A DNA stretch of 52,786 nt from Ilumatobacteraceae bacterium (GCA_017856815.1 JAFMEI010000001.1:1-52786), one strand, 5' to 3'. Shown: positions 20,864 to 30,347, counted from the first letter of the stretch. Notes: a model not told the origin generated them from the letters alone. A program made the numbers and translations.

Positions 20864-21361
20864 TCAGGATGCTTGTGCCAGGTAAGGCATCCACTCGTCG
20901 GGCACACGTGGCACGGTGAGGAAAATCCAGCCCAGTTCACGCGGCGCAAAAGGCCTGGTTTCAAGACGCATTCCGGCTTCTTCAGGGGTTCGGTCACGCT
21001 TTTTCAAGTTGCAGGGACGGCATGCCGCGGTCACGTTTTCCCACACATGCAAACCACCACGCGAGCGCGGCATTACGTGGTCAATCGAATCGGCACGTGC
21101 ACCGCAGTACTGACAGCGGTGCGAATCGCGGGCGAAAATTGCATGGCGCGACATCGCGGTGCGGCGCTGGTATGGAACCTTCACTACATACCTGAGACGA
21201 ATCACCAGTGGCGCCTTCATCGAGAAGCGTTCGGCGCGAACCTCATCGTCACCAGACTCAATCATGTCGGCCTTATCAGAAAGCACGAGGCAAACTGCGC
21301 GCCTAGCCGACACGATGCTCAACGGCTCGTAAGTTGCATTCAATACGAGCGCGTTTCTCAT
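20864..21361 (-). CDS. HNH endonuclease (McrA-like)
   Basis: LVLNATYEPL, RDSHRCQYCG, IDHVMPRSRGG, WENV..ACRPCN.KK. Confidence 0.92.
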   Translation of the reverse strand: MRNALVLNATYEPLSIVSARRAVCLVLSDKADMIESGDDEVRAERFSMKAPLVIRLRYVVKVPYQRRTAMSRHAIFARDSHRCQYCGARADSIDHVMPRSRGGLHVWENVTAACRPCNLKKRDRTPEEAGMRLETRPFAPRELGWIFLTVPRVPDEWMPYLAQAS

Positions 21362-21364
21362 GGG

Positions 21365-21610
21365 TCAGCTCCTACTGTCCCAACCCCTGCACCATTGCAG
21401 GTAACTAATCACATCATCAGGCGACATTGCCGCATCTGGGCGTCCGTATTGAGTGACCATACGAAAAGCAAGATAGTCGCTCGCGGGCAGTGGCAGAAAA
21501 GGAACGCGGTGCCACCATCCCGGCGAAGCGAGTCTGAAAACCTGTTTAACTGCGGTGCGCCACAACCGCGGGCGCACTAGAACTCTTCCAACCACCCGCA
21601 AAACGCTCAT
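21365..21610 (-). CDS. Small hypothetical protein
   Basis: 81-aa ORF tightly packed between DUF3040 and HNH; GWW...PFLP.P...YL.FR..TQYG looks protein-like. Confidence 0.7.
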   Translation of the reverse strand: MSVLRVVGRVLVRPRLWRTAVKQVFRLASPGWWHRVPFLPLPASDYLAFRMVTQYGRPDAAMSPDDVISYLQWCRGWDSRS

Positions 21611-21615
21611 TGATT

Positions 21616-21969
21616 TCAGGCGTCTCCGGTGAAGCGATCTTTAAGGCGGCTGGAAGCAGATCTCGCATTACGCAGACTTGCTGTGACATCAGCGAGTCCA
21701 ACTTTGCTCATCTGACGCACTTGGCGCTCGATCACCAGACCACAACTCAACATGATCAAAAACCCTACGAACGAGAGCATGAAGTGAACTGATAGAGCGG
21801 CGATTAACACCACTAGACCCGCCACCATTCCCAGAACCGCCCAGCGAATGGTCTTTATTGAATGACGGTAAAGGCCTTTTGGCGAAACGACGTCAGCAAA
21901 TCTTTGATCATCACGGAGTTGATCCTCGATTTGGCGCAGAATGCGCTCTTCTTCTTCGTTCAGTGCCAC
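21616..21969 (-). CDS. DUF3040 membrane protein
   Basis: MALNEEEERILRQIEDQL..D..FA followed by two TM helices; typical position between dinB and mraZ in actinobacteria. Confidence 0.88.
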   Translation of the reverse strand: MALNEEEERILRQIEDQLRDDQRFADVVSPKGLYRHSIKTIRWAVLGMVAGLVVLIAALSVHFMLSFVGFLIMLSCGLVIERQVRQMSKVGLADVTASLRNARSASSRLKDRFTGDA

Positions 21970-22019
21970 GGTCTCATTGTTTCACGCCCAAGGGGATTTC
22001 ACAACGCAGCCCCCACATT

Positions 22020-22098
22020 TAATGGCTCGGTCAACGTCATGCGGACCTCGCCTAATGGCTCGGTCAACGTCATGCGGACCTCGCCTAATGGCTCGGTC
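22020..22098. repeat. 33-bp tandem repeat (2.4 copies) overlapping the dinB stop codon
   Basis: TAATGGCTCGGTCAACGTCATGCGGACCTCGCC at 22020 and 22053 (identical), then TAATGGCTCGGTC at 22086. Confidence 0.95.
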
Positions 22099-23332
22099 CC
22101 CATGGACTCTCGCCGAGGTCGCGGCCATGACCCATTGCTGACAGTGGACCAATCGATTTATTTCCGAACCTTTTGCGGATCTCATCGATTGCCTCGGCTG
22201 CATCCATCCAATCCCCATCGCTTGGCTCTGAGTCAACAGTGTCAAGAGTCAACTGCACTTGGCTCTCGACAAAATTCGATACCGAAACACCGGCGAGTCG
22301 GACACCGCGCTCAATCTCGCATTGCGGCAGAAGCCGATCCAACGCAGATACGATCGCCTGCCCAGTGGTCACAGCCGCTTCAGGTGTAAAAGACCGCGTG
22401 AGATTACTGAAATCGCTATATCGAATCTTGAGGCTCACAGTTCGTGCCGCAACATCAGCTCGGCGTACACGCGCCGCTACGGCATCTGATAAGCGAACGA
22501 GATGAGTGCGTAGTTCACCTAGATCAATGATGTCCTCGGCGAAAGTTTCCTCGTGCCCAATCGATTTTGCGTCGCGTGATGAAACAACTGGCCGTGGATC
22601 AATGCCGCGCGCAAGATCAAAGAGTTGACTCCCCGCAGCCTGGCCCAGCGCGCCAGTCAGGACTCGGCGTTCCAGCTGTTTCAAATCAGCAACGGTTGCA
22701 ACTCCGAAACGCTCCAGTTTCTCCACGGTGGCAGCGCCTACACCCCACAACGAACGAACTGACATCGGCTCAAGAAACGTGGATGCGTAATCGTCAGTTA
22801 CCTCAAAGACACCTGGACCATCAACAATCTGTCCATCGACAATTTTTGGTTTGGCTGCTCGTGAAGCCAACTTGGCAAGAAACTTGTTGGATGCCACTCC
22901 CACGCAACACACGAGCCCCGTGTCACTCAGAACTCGGTCACGGATTTGCACACCAATTGATGAGGCCTCGCCAAAGAGTTGCACAGAGCCCGTCACATCA
23001 ATGAACGCTTCATCTAGTGCGACTCCTTCGACTTCCGGACTAAAGGAGTTAAAAACTTCATGCACGCGCTCGCTGTAATCCGCATAGAGATGCAAATCGC
23101 CTGGCAAGAACACTGCATTCGGGCACAGGCGTCGTGCTTGCGCGGATGACATCGCCGAATAAACACCAAACCTGCGAGCCTCATACGAAGCGGCCGCCAC
23201 CACACCGCGCGATCCAGTTCCACCCACAACTACTGGGAGTCCACGCAGGTCGGGTCGTCGCAAGAGCTCTACTGCCACGAAGAATGCATCCATATCCACG
23301 TGCAGGATGCGTTTCGGATCAGTATCTGCCAC
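22085..23332 (-). CDS. dinB: DNA polymerase IV
   Basis: ILHVDMDAFF, ASYEARRFGV, ALDEAFID, NKFLAKLAS, WGVG, KSIGHEETF. Confidence 0.95.
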   Translation of the reverse strand: MADTDPKRILHVDMDAFFVAVELLRRPDLRGLPVVVGGTGSRGVVAAASYEARRFGVYSAMSSAQARRLCPNAVFLPGDLHLYADYSERVHEVFNSFSPEVEGVALDEAFIDVTGSVQLFGEASSIGVQIRDRVLSDTGLVCCVGVASNKFLAKLASRAAKPKIVDGQIVDGPGVFEVTDDYASTFLEPMSVRSLWGVGAATVEKLERFGVATVADLKQLERRVLTGALGQAAGSQLFDLARGIDPRPVVSSRDAKSIGHEETFAEDIIDLGELRTHLVRLSDAVAARVRRADVAARTVSLKIRYSDFSNLTRSFTPEAAVTTGQAIVSALDRLLPQCEIERGVRLAGVSVSNFVESQVQLTLDTVDSEPSDGDWMDAAEAIDEIRKRFGNKSIGPLSAMGHGRDLGESPWGPSH

Positions 23333-23338
23333 GGTCAA

Positions 23339-23348
23339 AGCCTACGAT
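23339..23348. promoter_or_regulatory. Bidirectional leaderless promoter (overlapping -10 elements)
   Basis: TAGGCT (minus, 23344-23339) and TACGAT (plus, 23343-23348), each 6 nt before a GTG start. Confidence 0.65.
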
Positions 23349-23354
23349 TACCTT

Positions 23355-23624
23355 GTGCCAGAGGCAGACAAACCACTCTCAGCTTTACCGTCGCGTGCCG
23401 CACGCGCTACCGCGTTCACAAGCATTCTTCTTGGCGGTTTACTCGGCGGGTTAATGGGTTACTTGCTAATCAACGTGCAATGTGAAGGCGATTGCCATGT
23501 CCAAAAGGGGCTTGCGGTGTTTATCGGCTCGGTCTCTTTTGCGATTGGAATGAGCATTGTGGCGGTGCTTGGGCTACGCGCGGTAGGCGAATGGCGCGAA
23601 GCTCGGGATGCGTTTGATGACTGA
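23355..23624 (+). CDS. Hypothetical two-TM membrane protein
   Basis: SALPSR.AR..AF..IL.GGL.GG..GY....QC.GDC...; overlaps the suhB start. Confidence 0.75.
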   Translation: MPEADKPLSALPSRAARATAFTSILLGGLLGGLMGYLLINVQCEGDCHVQKGLAVFIGSVSFAIGMSIVAVLGLRAVGEWREARDAFDD

Positions 23625-24408
23625 TCTCGGCACAGATCTTGTGGCCCTTGCCGAGAAACTCGCGCGTAGCGCAGGGAGCCTGGCATTGGCTGGTCGCAAA
23701 AAGGGCCTCACCGAAGTAGACACGAAAAGCACCGCCACTGACATGGTCACCGAATTCGATCGGGCAAGCGAAAGACTCATCGTTGATGGACTCATCGAAT
23801 CTCGCCCACACGATGCGATTGTTGGCGAAGAAGGTACGAGTCGCGATGGAACATCAGGCATTTCATGGTTTGTGGATCCCATTGATGGGACCACGAATTT
23901 TTTCTATGACCTGCCGAACTGGTGCGTTTCAATTGGGGCAAAAGATGCCGGCGGGACCGTTTGCGGCGTCGTGTACGTCCCAGCCCTTGATGAGATGTTT
24001 ACCGCCACTCGTGGGGGTGGAGCATGGTTAAACGGCAAACAAATTCACTGCGGCTCAATTGCGGAGCTTTCCCAGGCTCTTATCTGTACGGGTTTCAACT
24101 ACGACTCGAGTAATCGTGTTGCTCAAGCTGAACGAATCCTGAGATACATCGACAAAGTTCGTGATGTGCGTCGCTTTGGTGCTGCGGCAATTGACATTTG
24201 TTACGTCGCCTGTGGTCGACTCGATGGCTACTACGAGGAATATCTATGGCCATGGGATTACGTTGCGGCTGATCTGATTGCGCGCGAAGCGGGTTGCAGA
24301 ACTGGTGATCTCACGGGAGCACCAATTGATAATCGTGACGTCCTAATTTCAAATCCGACACTCTTTCCCCAATTGGTTACTCTCATCAGAGAGTCTGGAG
24401 GGAAATGA
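23617..24408 (+). CDS. suhB: Inositol monophosphatase family protein
   Basis: DMVTEFD, GEEG, WFVDPIDGTTNF, RRFGAAA, WPWDYVAA.LIA.EAG. Confidence 0.9.
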   Translation: MTDLGTDLVALAEKLARSAGSLALAGRKKGLTEVDTKSTATDMVTEFDRASERLIVDGLIESRPHDAIVGEEGTSRDGTSGISWFVDPIDGTTNFFYDLPNWCVSIGAKDAGGTVCGVVYVPALDEMFTATRGGGAWLNGKQIHCGSIAELSQALICTGFNYDSSNRVAQAERILRYIDKVRDVRRFGAAAIDICYVACGRLDGYYEEYLWPWDYVAADLIAREAGCRTGDLTGAPIDNRDVLISNPTLFPQLVTLIRESGGK

Positions 24409-24722
24409 TGGCTTGGGATTCAACACGAAAAGTTCCGTGGAAGCGTCTGACCAAAGAGTGGTTTGTTTATCTGGTCATCATTCTCGTGGTCTTCGGCTTG
24501 TTCTTTAGCGACAGCGTGAACGCCGGCACCTTCCTGGGTCTCGCTTTGTCGGGACCCCTTTATGTTGGTTTTGGCGCCGTGATGGCGAAGTTCGGTTACG
24601 AACGCCAAAAGCTCATCCGCACTCCGCGCCCAAGCCAGCCGACAACACGGTCCACACCCCAACGCTCTCGTCCAGCGCCAACAAGCCGCACCGGAGCCCG
24701 CAAGGGGAACAAACGGCGATGA
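24408..24722 (+). CDS. Hypothetical membrane protein with basic C-terminal tail
   Basis: Two TM segments; overlaps the suhB stop and glpK start. Confidence 0.7.
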   Translation: MAWDSTRKVPWKRLTKEWFVYLVIILVVFGLFFSDSVNAGTFLGLALSGPLYVGFGAVMAKFGYERQKLIRTPRPSQPTTRSTPQRSRPAPTSRTGARKGNKRR

Positions 24723-26173
24723 CACAGCCTCTCGTGATGGCGCTCGATGCGGGCACCACTGGAGTGCGCGCGCGTTTGATTCGTAAAGATGGCACCTCTG
24801 TAGCAAGTGCCTATCGTGAATTTCCGCAGTACTTTCCTCAGCCTGGTTGGGTTGAGCACGATGCCAACGAGATTTGGGATGCGATCTGTGGGGTCATTGC
24901 AGAGGTAACACAGCACGGCTCCCCCGTTGCCATTGGCATTACGAACCAGCGCGAGACGATTGTTGCTTGGAGCCGCGCAACGAGCCAACCATTACACAGG
25001 GCGATTGTCTGGCAGGATCGCCGCACGGCAAATCATTGCGAGAGCCTCGGCGCCCACATTGACCGCGTGCGTACAACTACCGGCCTTGTACTTGACCCGT
25101 ATTTTTCTGGCACCAAATGTGCTTGGCTCATCAATGAAGGTGGCGTACCGGTCAGTGACGATTTGGCATTTGGCACCATCGACTCTTGGCTCGTTTGGAA
25201 ACTCTCAGGTGGCAAAGTTCACGCCACCGACCCATCTAATGCAAGCCGAACAATGTTGTTCGACATCGGCACAATGTCTTGGAGTGAGGAAATGTGCGCC
25301 CTTATCGGTGTACCGATTGAAGCACTGCCGCAAGTGCTGCCGTCATCTGGGATGTTCGCCGTGACAAGCGGCATTGAAGGCCTCTCCGACGGCACTCCAA
25401 TTTCAGGCATCGCAGGCGATCAACAAGCCGCGCTATTTGGTCAAGCATGCTTTGCGCCAGGCCAGGCCAAAAACACTTACGGCACGGGAAGTTTTGTGTT
25501 GATGAATATCGGCAACCATCTACCAGCACCGATGAACGGGATGCTCACAACGGTTGCCTGGGATCTTGGCGCTGGCCCCGTTTACGCACTCGAAGGTTCG
25601 ATCTTTGTTACCGGTGCAGCGGTTCAATGGTTACGAGATGGACTCCAGATCATTGAACAATCAAGCGAGACAGAAGCGCTTGCTCTGAGCGTGCCCGACT
25701 CCGGAGGTCTCGTTTTTGTGCCTGCGCTGACCGGACTCGGCAGCCCGTGGTGGGACCCCGACGCGCGCGGCGGCGTCTTTGGGATCACACGCGGCACCAC
25801 ACGCGCACACTTCGCCCGCGCCGCAGTCGAGTCGATGGTGTACCAAACTCGAGATGTCATTGAGGCAATGAACACCGCCCTTGAATCATCAGAAAGACCC
25901 ACATTGGTGGATCTTCGAGTTGATGGTGGCGCCTCGGCAATGAACTCGATGTTGCAAATGCAATCGGATCAGCTTGGAGTTTCCGTGCTGCGCCCTCGCG
26001 ATCTTGAGACGACTTCACTTGGTGCTGCATATTTGGCTGGGCTTGCAGTTGGGGTGTGGTCCTCGTTGGATGAGATCACCCAGAACTGGCATCTAGACAA
26101 ACGATTTGATCCTGGGCCTGCGGCCCCCGGATACGAGCAGTGGCTTCGTGCGCTGCAGCGGGTTCGCAACTAG
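24719..26173 (+). CDS. glpK: Glycerol kinase
   Basis: DAGTTG, GWVEHD, ITNQRET, IVWQDRRT, DPYFSGTK, GDQQAALFGQ, KNTYGTGSF. Confidence 0.95.
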   Translation: MTQPLVMALDAGTTGVRARLIRKDGTSVASAYREFPQYFPQPGWVEHDANEIWDAICGVIAEVTQHGSPVAIGITNQRETIVAWSRATSQPLHRAIVWQDRRTANHCESLGAHIDRVRTTTGLVLDPYFSGTKCAWLINEGGVPVSDDLAFGTIDSWLVWKLSGGKVHATDPSNASRTMLFDIGTMSWSEEMCALIGVPIEALPQVLPSSGMFAVTSGIEGLSDGTPISGIAGDQQAALFGQACFAPGQAKNTYGTGSFVLMNIGNHLPAPMNGMLTTVAWDLGAGPVYALEGSIFVTGAAVQWLRDGLQIIEQSSETEALALSVPDSGGLVFVPALTGLGSPWWDPDARGGVFGITRGTTRAHFARAAVESMVYQTRDVIEAMNTALESSERPTLVDLRVDGGASAMNSMLQMQSDQLGVSVLRPRDLETTSLGAAYLAGLAVGVWSSLDEITQNWHLDKRFDPGPAAPGYEQWLRALQRVRN

Positions 26174-27042
26174 GCAATAAGTGCTGCACCAATTGCGGCT
26201 GCGTGTTCGCCAAGTTGTGCCCCGACAACTCTTGGTAATTCCCTCGCACTTGAGCCATACACATGATTTTGAAGTTTGCTGTTTAGGCGCGGGATCAAGA
26301 GGTCGGCAACAGTTGCTACCCCGCCGCCAATCACGATCAATTCGGGGTCGAGTGCGTAAACAATTGAGGCCAATCCAATACAAACTTGGTCGGCAAAGTT
26401 GTCAATGACTGCTAGCGCAGAAGCCTCGCCAGATCGCGCAGCTTCGGCAAGACTCTCGGGGCTGAAACCGGCTTTATCTGCCGCCGCACTCAATGCCGAA
26501 CCTGAAGCGAACAATTCCCAACATCCCTGACCACCGCAGGCACATGCGGGACCATTGCGTTCAACAGTCATATGCCCGAGTTCGCCTGCATAACCATTCG
26601 CACCGCGGACAAGCCTTCCGTCAACTATCAGACCGATTCCAATGCCAGTTCCCAAGCTCACGCAGGCGACATTGTTAGCTCCCCGACCAGCACCGAGTGT
26701 CCACTCAGCGAGAGCGGCAGTGGTTGCATCGTTGTCGACCGCAACTTTTGTGCCGACCTTCGCGGCAAGGAGTTCGGCAACATTTGCACGACTATCGAGA
26801 CTCAGATGTGGTGACTCTCGCAACACACCTTGGCGATCAACCAAGCCAGCAATTCCGATTCCAAATGTGGGCGCCGAACCCGTTGCTTTCGCTGCGAGCT
26901 CGAGCATCATCGCTGCGACAACATCAATTAGCGCCGCACCATCGACTGTTTGGCGTCGCAGCTCATTTTTCACCGAGCCGTCAACTAAAAGTACCCCCAG
27001 GCACTTGGTGCCACCGACATCGACGCCGACAGCGGCGGTCAC
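26170..27042 (-). CDS. ROK-family sugar kinase (glucokinase-like)
   Basis: GVDVGGTK, DNDA..AALAE, GTGIG, GELGH, CACGGQGCWE. Confidence 0.92.
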   Translation of the reverse strand: MTAAVGVDVGGTKCLGVLLVDGSVKNELRRQTVDGAALIDVVAAMMLELAAKATGSAPTFGIGIAGLVDRQGVLRESPHLSLDSRANVAELLAAKVGTKVAVDNDATTAALAEWTLGAGRGANNVACVSLGTGIGIGLIVDGRLVRGANGYAGELGHMTVERNGPACACGGQGCWELFASGSALSAAADKAGFSPESLAEAARSGEASALAVIDNFADQVCIGLASIVYALDPELIVIGGGVATVADLLIPRLNSKLQNHVYGSSARELPRVVGAQLGEHAAAIGAALIA

Positions 27043-27473
27043 GATTCGAGCAGTGCCTTGAGTTCGCGCAGTGTGTTGACGATACGAACCTCAGCACGGC
27101 GCTTGATAAACCCCGGCAACGGGATCACGAGATCGACCGAAACGTCATAGGTGACCTTCGTGGTGTTCGGATCCTGAGAGGTGAATGTATACGCGCCACC
27201 GATTGATCGCATGATGTCGCCCTTGACCATTTTCCACTCGAGTCGAGCTGGCGCGGCGGAATAGTCATACGCAAGCGTGTAGTGAGTGCTACGACCCAGC
27301 GCCGATGCACGGTACTCAACCTCGGTAGCGCGACCTTGCGCGTCGCGCTTATGCACTACTACTTCTTTAACGTCGTGCGCCCACTTCGGGTAGGACTCGT
27401 AGTCGATCGCTGCACTGAAGCAGCGATCCAACGGTGCTGCAATGATCGCGGTCTGGGTTGCGGAGTCAGCCAT
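27039..27473 (-). CDS. SRPBCC / polyketide cyclase-like protein
   Basis: DYESYPKW...K.V, YTLAYDY, G.Y.F, VTY.V.VDL..PLPG.IKRRAE. Confidence 0.88.
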   Translation of the reverse strand: MADSATQTAIIAAPLDRCFSAAIDYESYPKWAHDVKEVVVHKRDAQGRATEVEYRASALGRSTHYTLAYDYSAAPARLEWKMVKGDIMRSIGGAYTFTSQDPNTTKVTYDVSVDLVIPLPGFIKRRAEVRIVNTLRELKALLES

Positions 27474-27476
27474 GTA

Positions 27477-27950
27477 CTAATCCTGCCCTACTCCGTCGTC
27501 ATCTGCTGGACTTTTGCGACGGCGTGGACCAAAAGTGCCATTGTTTGCAGTCCAGTGACCGTTCAATCCGAGGCCAAAAAGTGGAACGAGCACACCGAAA
27601 GCAAGAACACTCCCGGGCTTGCCGTCGGTGTTGGGTCGAGCAATCGCTCCAGCCACCCCGACCACAACTTGGGAGGTTAAGCACCAGACCATGAGGCGGC
27701 GAATATTCGCAGGAGCCACGTTGTTGACCATGAAGTACAGCTCTGTCACCGAAATCTCATCTGTACGACTGCGCTGCACCGCGGTCCAGTAACCGAGCAA
27801 GAAGGCGAACACGCCAATGGCCGCAAGCCCAAGGTCAACTGCAACCACAATCGCCTTACTGGCATCACTGAATGTGATGGCCCCAAAAAGAGTGACCGCG
27901 ATAAATACACCGGTACCCATTTGGTTGAGTCGAACTTGCCAATCACTCAT
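27477..27950 (-). CDS. Hypothetical four-TM membrane protein
   Basis: Hydrophobic segments; AVQRSR.DEI...L.F, LAFGVLVP; coupled to its neighbours. Confidence 0.72.
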   Translation of the reverse strand: MSDWQVRLNQMGTGVFIAVTLFGAITFSDASKAIVVAVDLGLAAIGVFAFLLGYWTAVQRSRTDEISVTELYFMVNNVAPANIRRLMVWCLTSQVVVGVAGAIARPNTDGKPGSVLAFGVLVPLFGLGLNGHWTANNGTFGPRRRKSPADDDGVGQD

Positions 27951-29076
27951 CGGTGCTCCAATCCACTCGCAGCGCATCACCTAGTCTGCGGGCCAGAAAA
28001 TCGTATGAAAACTCTGCAACCGCTCGATCGCGGGACGCTCTACCCATTGCCGCGCGGTCACTCGGTGAATTCAACAGCGAATTGATGGCACGTGCCGTTG
28101 CAGAAGCGTCTTTGGGCTCGGCCATAACTCTCCCAGTCACCCCATCAACAACAGCTTCAGCTGCACCGCCACTTTCACCTGCAACCTGTGGCACCCCGCA
28201 TGAGGCCGCTTCAAGAAATACGATCCCAAAACCCTCTTGCTCAAGACCCAGCCAACGGTTTCGGCACATCATCGACATCACATCGGCACTTCCATACAGT
28301 GCGGGCAAGTCTTCATCTGGCACGCGGCCCAAGAACTGAACCGGAGCGGCCAACTTGCTGGCCAGTCGTTCTAGTCGTTTTCGATCGCGACCCTTGCCGG
28401 CGATGACCAACTTGATCTTCGGGTGATTCACTGCCAGCTCAGAGACTGCTTTGATGACCGTGTCAAACCCTTTTCGCGGCACCAGCCGACTCAATCCAAG
28501 AATCATCTCAGCATCCAACTCAATGCCCCAACGATTGCGCACATCGTCTTTTTGCTCTTGTGTCAGCGGAATGAAGCGCGCCGTATCCACACCCGGCGGC
28601 ACGATCGTGACTGGTAGATCACGTCGTGCGGCACGAAATGCTTCGCGTGCTGGATATCCACCAGCAGCAATCACGTGTTCGGCATTGCGTAGAACGCGAC
28701 CCAATACTGCACGGCTCCCTGGCAGGCGTCCCGGCACTGTTACTTCAGCTCCATGCAGCACGACGTAATACGGCAAGTCGAGGTAGGGGCCAACAATTCC
28801 AAGCGGCACCGCGGGATCCAACACCACAAAATCAGCGCCTACTCGGGTTGCCATTTCGTTTATCTGACGCACCATCTTCGGACGCGGCAAGAGAACTTTT
28901 TCTTTGATTCGCTCAATGTGGAATGGCTGCTCGGAATCCCATTGGCTTGAACCTTCGTATGGTGAAGTCAGGACCGCGAATGAATCGTGTGGGAGGCGTC
29001 GCCACCACTCCCATAACAGTGACTGAATTCCACCGATTTTCGGTGGAAAGTCATTGGTGACGAGGAGATGTTTCAT
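27943..29076 (-). CDS. GT4 glycosyltransferase (PimB'-like mannosyltransferase)
   Basis: LLVTNDFPP..GGIQ, HGAE, PPGVD..RF, SRLVPRKG.D, EGFGIVFLEA. Confidence 0.88.
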   Translation of the reverse strand: MKHLLVTNDFPPKIGGIQSLLWEWWRRLPHDSFAVLTSPYEGSSQWDSEQPFHIERIKEKVLLPRPKMVRQINEMATRVGADFVVLDPAVPLGIVGPYLDLPYYVVLHGAEVTVPGRLPGSRAVLGRVLRNAEHVIAAGGYPAREAFRAARRDLPVTIVPPGVDTARFIPLTQEQKDDVRNRWGIELDAEMILGLSRLVPRKGFDTVIKAVSELAVNHPKIKLVIAGKGRDRKRLERLASKLAAPVQFLGRVPDEDLPALYGSADVMSMMCRNRWLGLEQEGFGIVFLEAASCGVPQVAGESGGAAEAVVDGVTGRVMAEPKDASATARAINSLLNSPSDRAAMGRASRDRAVAEFSYDFLARRLGDALRVDWSTDE

Positions 29077-30110
29077 GCGGTGTTCCGTTTGGTGCGCTGC
29101 AGTGCCCAAAGCGCATGCTCAGAGAGTATTTCATCTGCTCCACTCGCGTAACGCTCAAGTACTTCGTGCGCGCGCGAATCCGAAGATGATGCTGCATTGC
29201 CAAGTGCAACCAGAGCGTTTCGGCGCAACCACCGGGGATCACGCTCGGCGATATACAGCGCATCAAATTCCTTCAGGAGTTCCTCATCAGACATTTCAAG
29301 CACTCGTAAAGCAGGCATCCATTCACGTGAAGGAACCTTGATCTGCACGGGAACCGCAAAGCGCGTATTGGGCGGGCAGGCGTCTTGGCAGTCATCACAG
29401 CCATAAATTCGCGTACCCAGAGCAACGCGAAACTGTGGATCTATCGACCCTGGTTTTTGCAGCACCCAAGACAAACAGCGCCGTGCATCAATGACTCCGT
29501 CGGCAACTATCGCCCCAGTCGGACACGCCTCGATACAACGCACACATGTTCCACATCCATCGGGTATGCGTCTTTTTGGTGCTTTGATCTCCGCTGTGGT
29601 TACTAGGCATCCAAGCACGAACCAACTGCCAGCTCCTGGTAACAGGATGTTTGCATTTTTTCCGAACCAACCAAGGCCAGCGCGCCAAGCAACTTCGCGG
29701 TCAACTATTGAATTGTCATCAACGAAAACGACACCCTTGTAGCCCGCTTTTTTGATCCATTTCTGAACACCTCGCAAAGCACTACGGAGTTCTTCGTAAA
29801 CCTCTGTGCGTGCGTACTTCGCGATGTGCATCTGAACACCTGGCTCGGGGTCGGTGTCCGGCGAGTAGTAAGGCCATGCTGCGGCGATTACAGACTTTGC
29901 ACCCGCGTATGCGCGTTCGGGATCGGTGGACCGTTCAGGATTGCGATATGTAAACCCGAGCGTGTCGGCAAGGCCGGCTTCTTTGCGCCGATAGAGCTCG
30001 CTGCGAGCACGATCCAAGACCGAAGCATCAGTAACACCAAGATGCTCGATACCAAAGTTGCGAGCGACTTCAACGAGTGCTTCGAACTCGATGGTGGCGG
30101 ACTCAGACAC
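29073..30110 (-). CDS. queG: Epoxyqueuosine reductase
   Basis: IAKYA...Y, AGLGWFGKN, GSWFVLG, CGTCVRCIEACPTGA, DARRCLS, YGCDDCQDACPPN, C-terminal RRNALVALGN HEAT repeat. Confidence 0.92.
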   Translation of the reverse strand: MSESATIEFEALVEVARNFGIEHLGVTDASVLDRARSELYRRKEAGLADTLGFTYRNPERSTDPERAYAGAKSVIAAAWPYYSPDTDPEPGVQMHIAKYARTEVYEELRSALRGVQKWIKKAGYKGVVFVDDNSIVDREVAWRAGLGWFGKNANILLPGAGSWFVLGCLVTTAEIKAPKRRIPDGCGTCVRCIEACPTGAIVADGVIDARRCLSWVLQKPGSIDPQFRVALGTRIYGCDDCQDACPPNTRFAVPVQIKVPSREWMPALRVLEMSDEELLKEFDALYIAERDPRWLRRNALVALGNAASSSDSRAHEVLERYASGADEILSEHALWALQRTKRNTA

Positions 30111-30143
30111 CTGCCAAGGCTAGAGAACGCGCCCCAATGTGGC

Positions 30144-30347
30144 TCAGCCAGCCGATGTGTGGCGAATCTCGCCCATTAAACCCTCTCGAGCAAGCACTCG
30201 AAGTGCCCGTTGCTGCTCGAAATCCAGCACTATCGCGCCTTGCGTGGAATCGGCATCACCACAGAAGAAACTGACGATGCAATCGCTACATGCGTCTGTG
30301 TGGCGGGCGGTGCAGGTGTCGCAGCTGATGATGAGTGGCTCGGTCAT
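30144..30347 (-). CDS. Small Cys-rich protein (CxxC-x7-CxxC)
   Basis: ISCDTCTARHTDACSDCIVSF...RALRVLAREGL. Confidence 0.75.
   Translation of the reverse strand: MTEPLIISCDTCTARHTDACSDCIVSFFCGDADSTQGAIVLDFEQQRALRVLAREGLMGEIRHTSAG

Noticed and set aside
20864..21361. HNH gene as a homing endonuclease or mobile element
   Set aside because: No intron, terminal repeats or transposase nearby; it is embedded in a tight chromosomal operon
20801..21580. 259-aa plus-strand ORF
   Set aside because: Antisense to the HNH gene and its neighbour, with no recognisable motifs
22020..22098. Possible mini-CRISPR array
   Set aside because: The would-be spacers are identical and there are no cas genes; it is a plain tandem repeat
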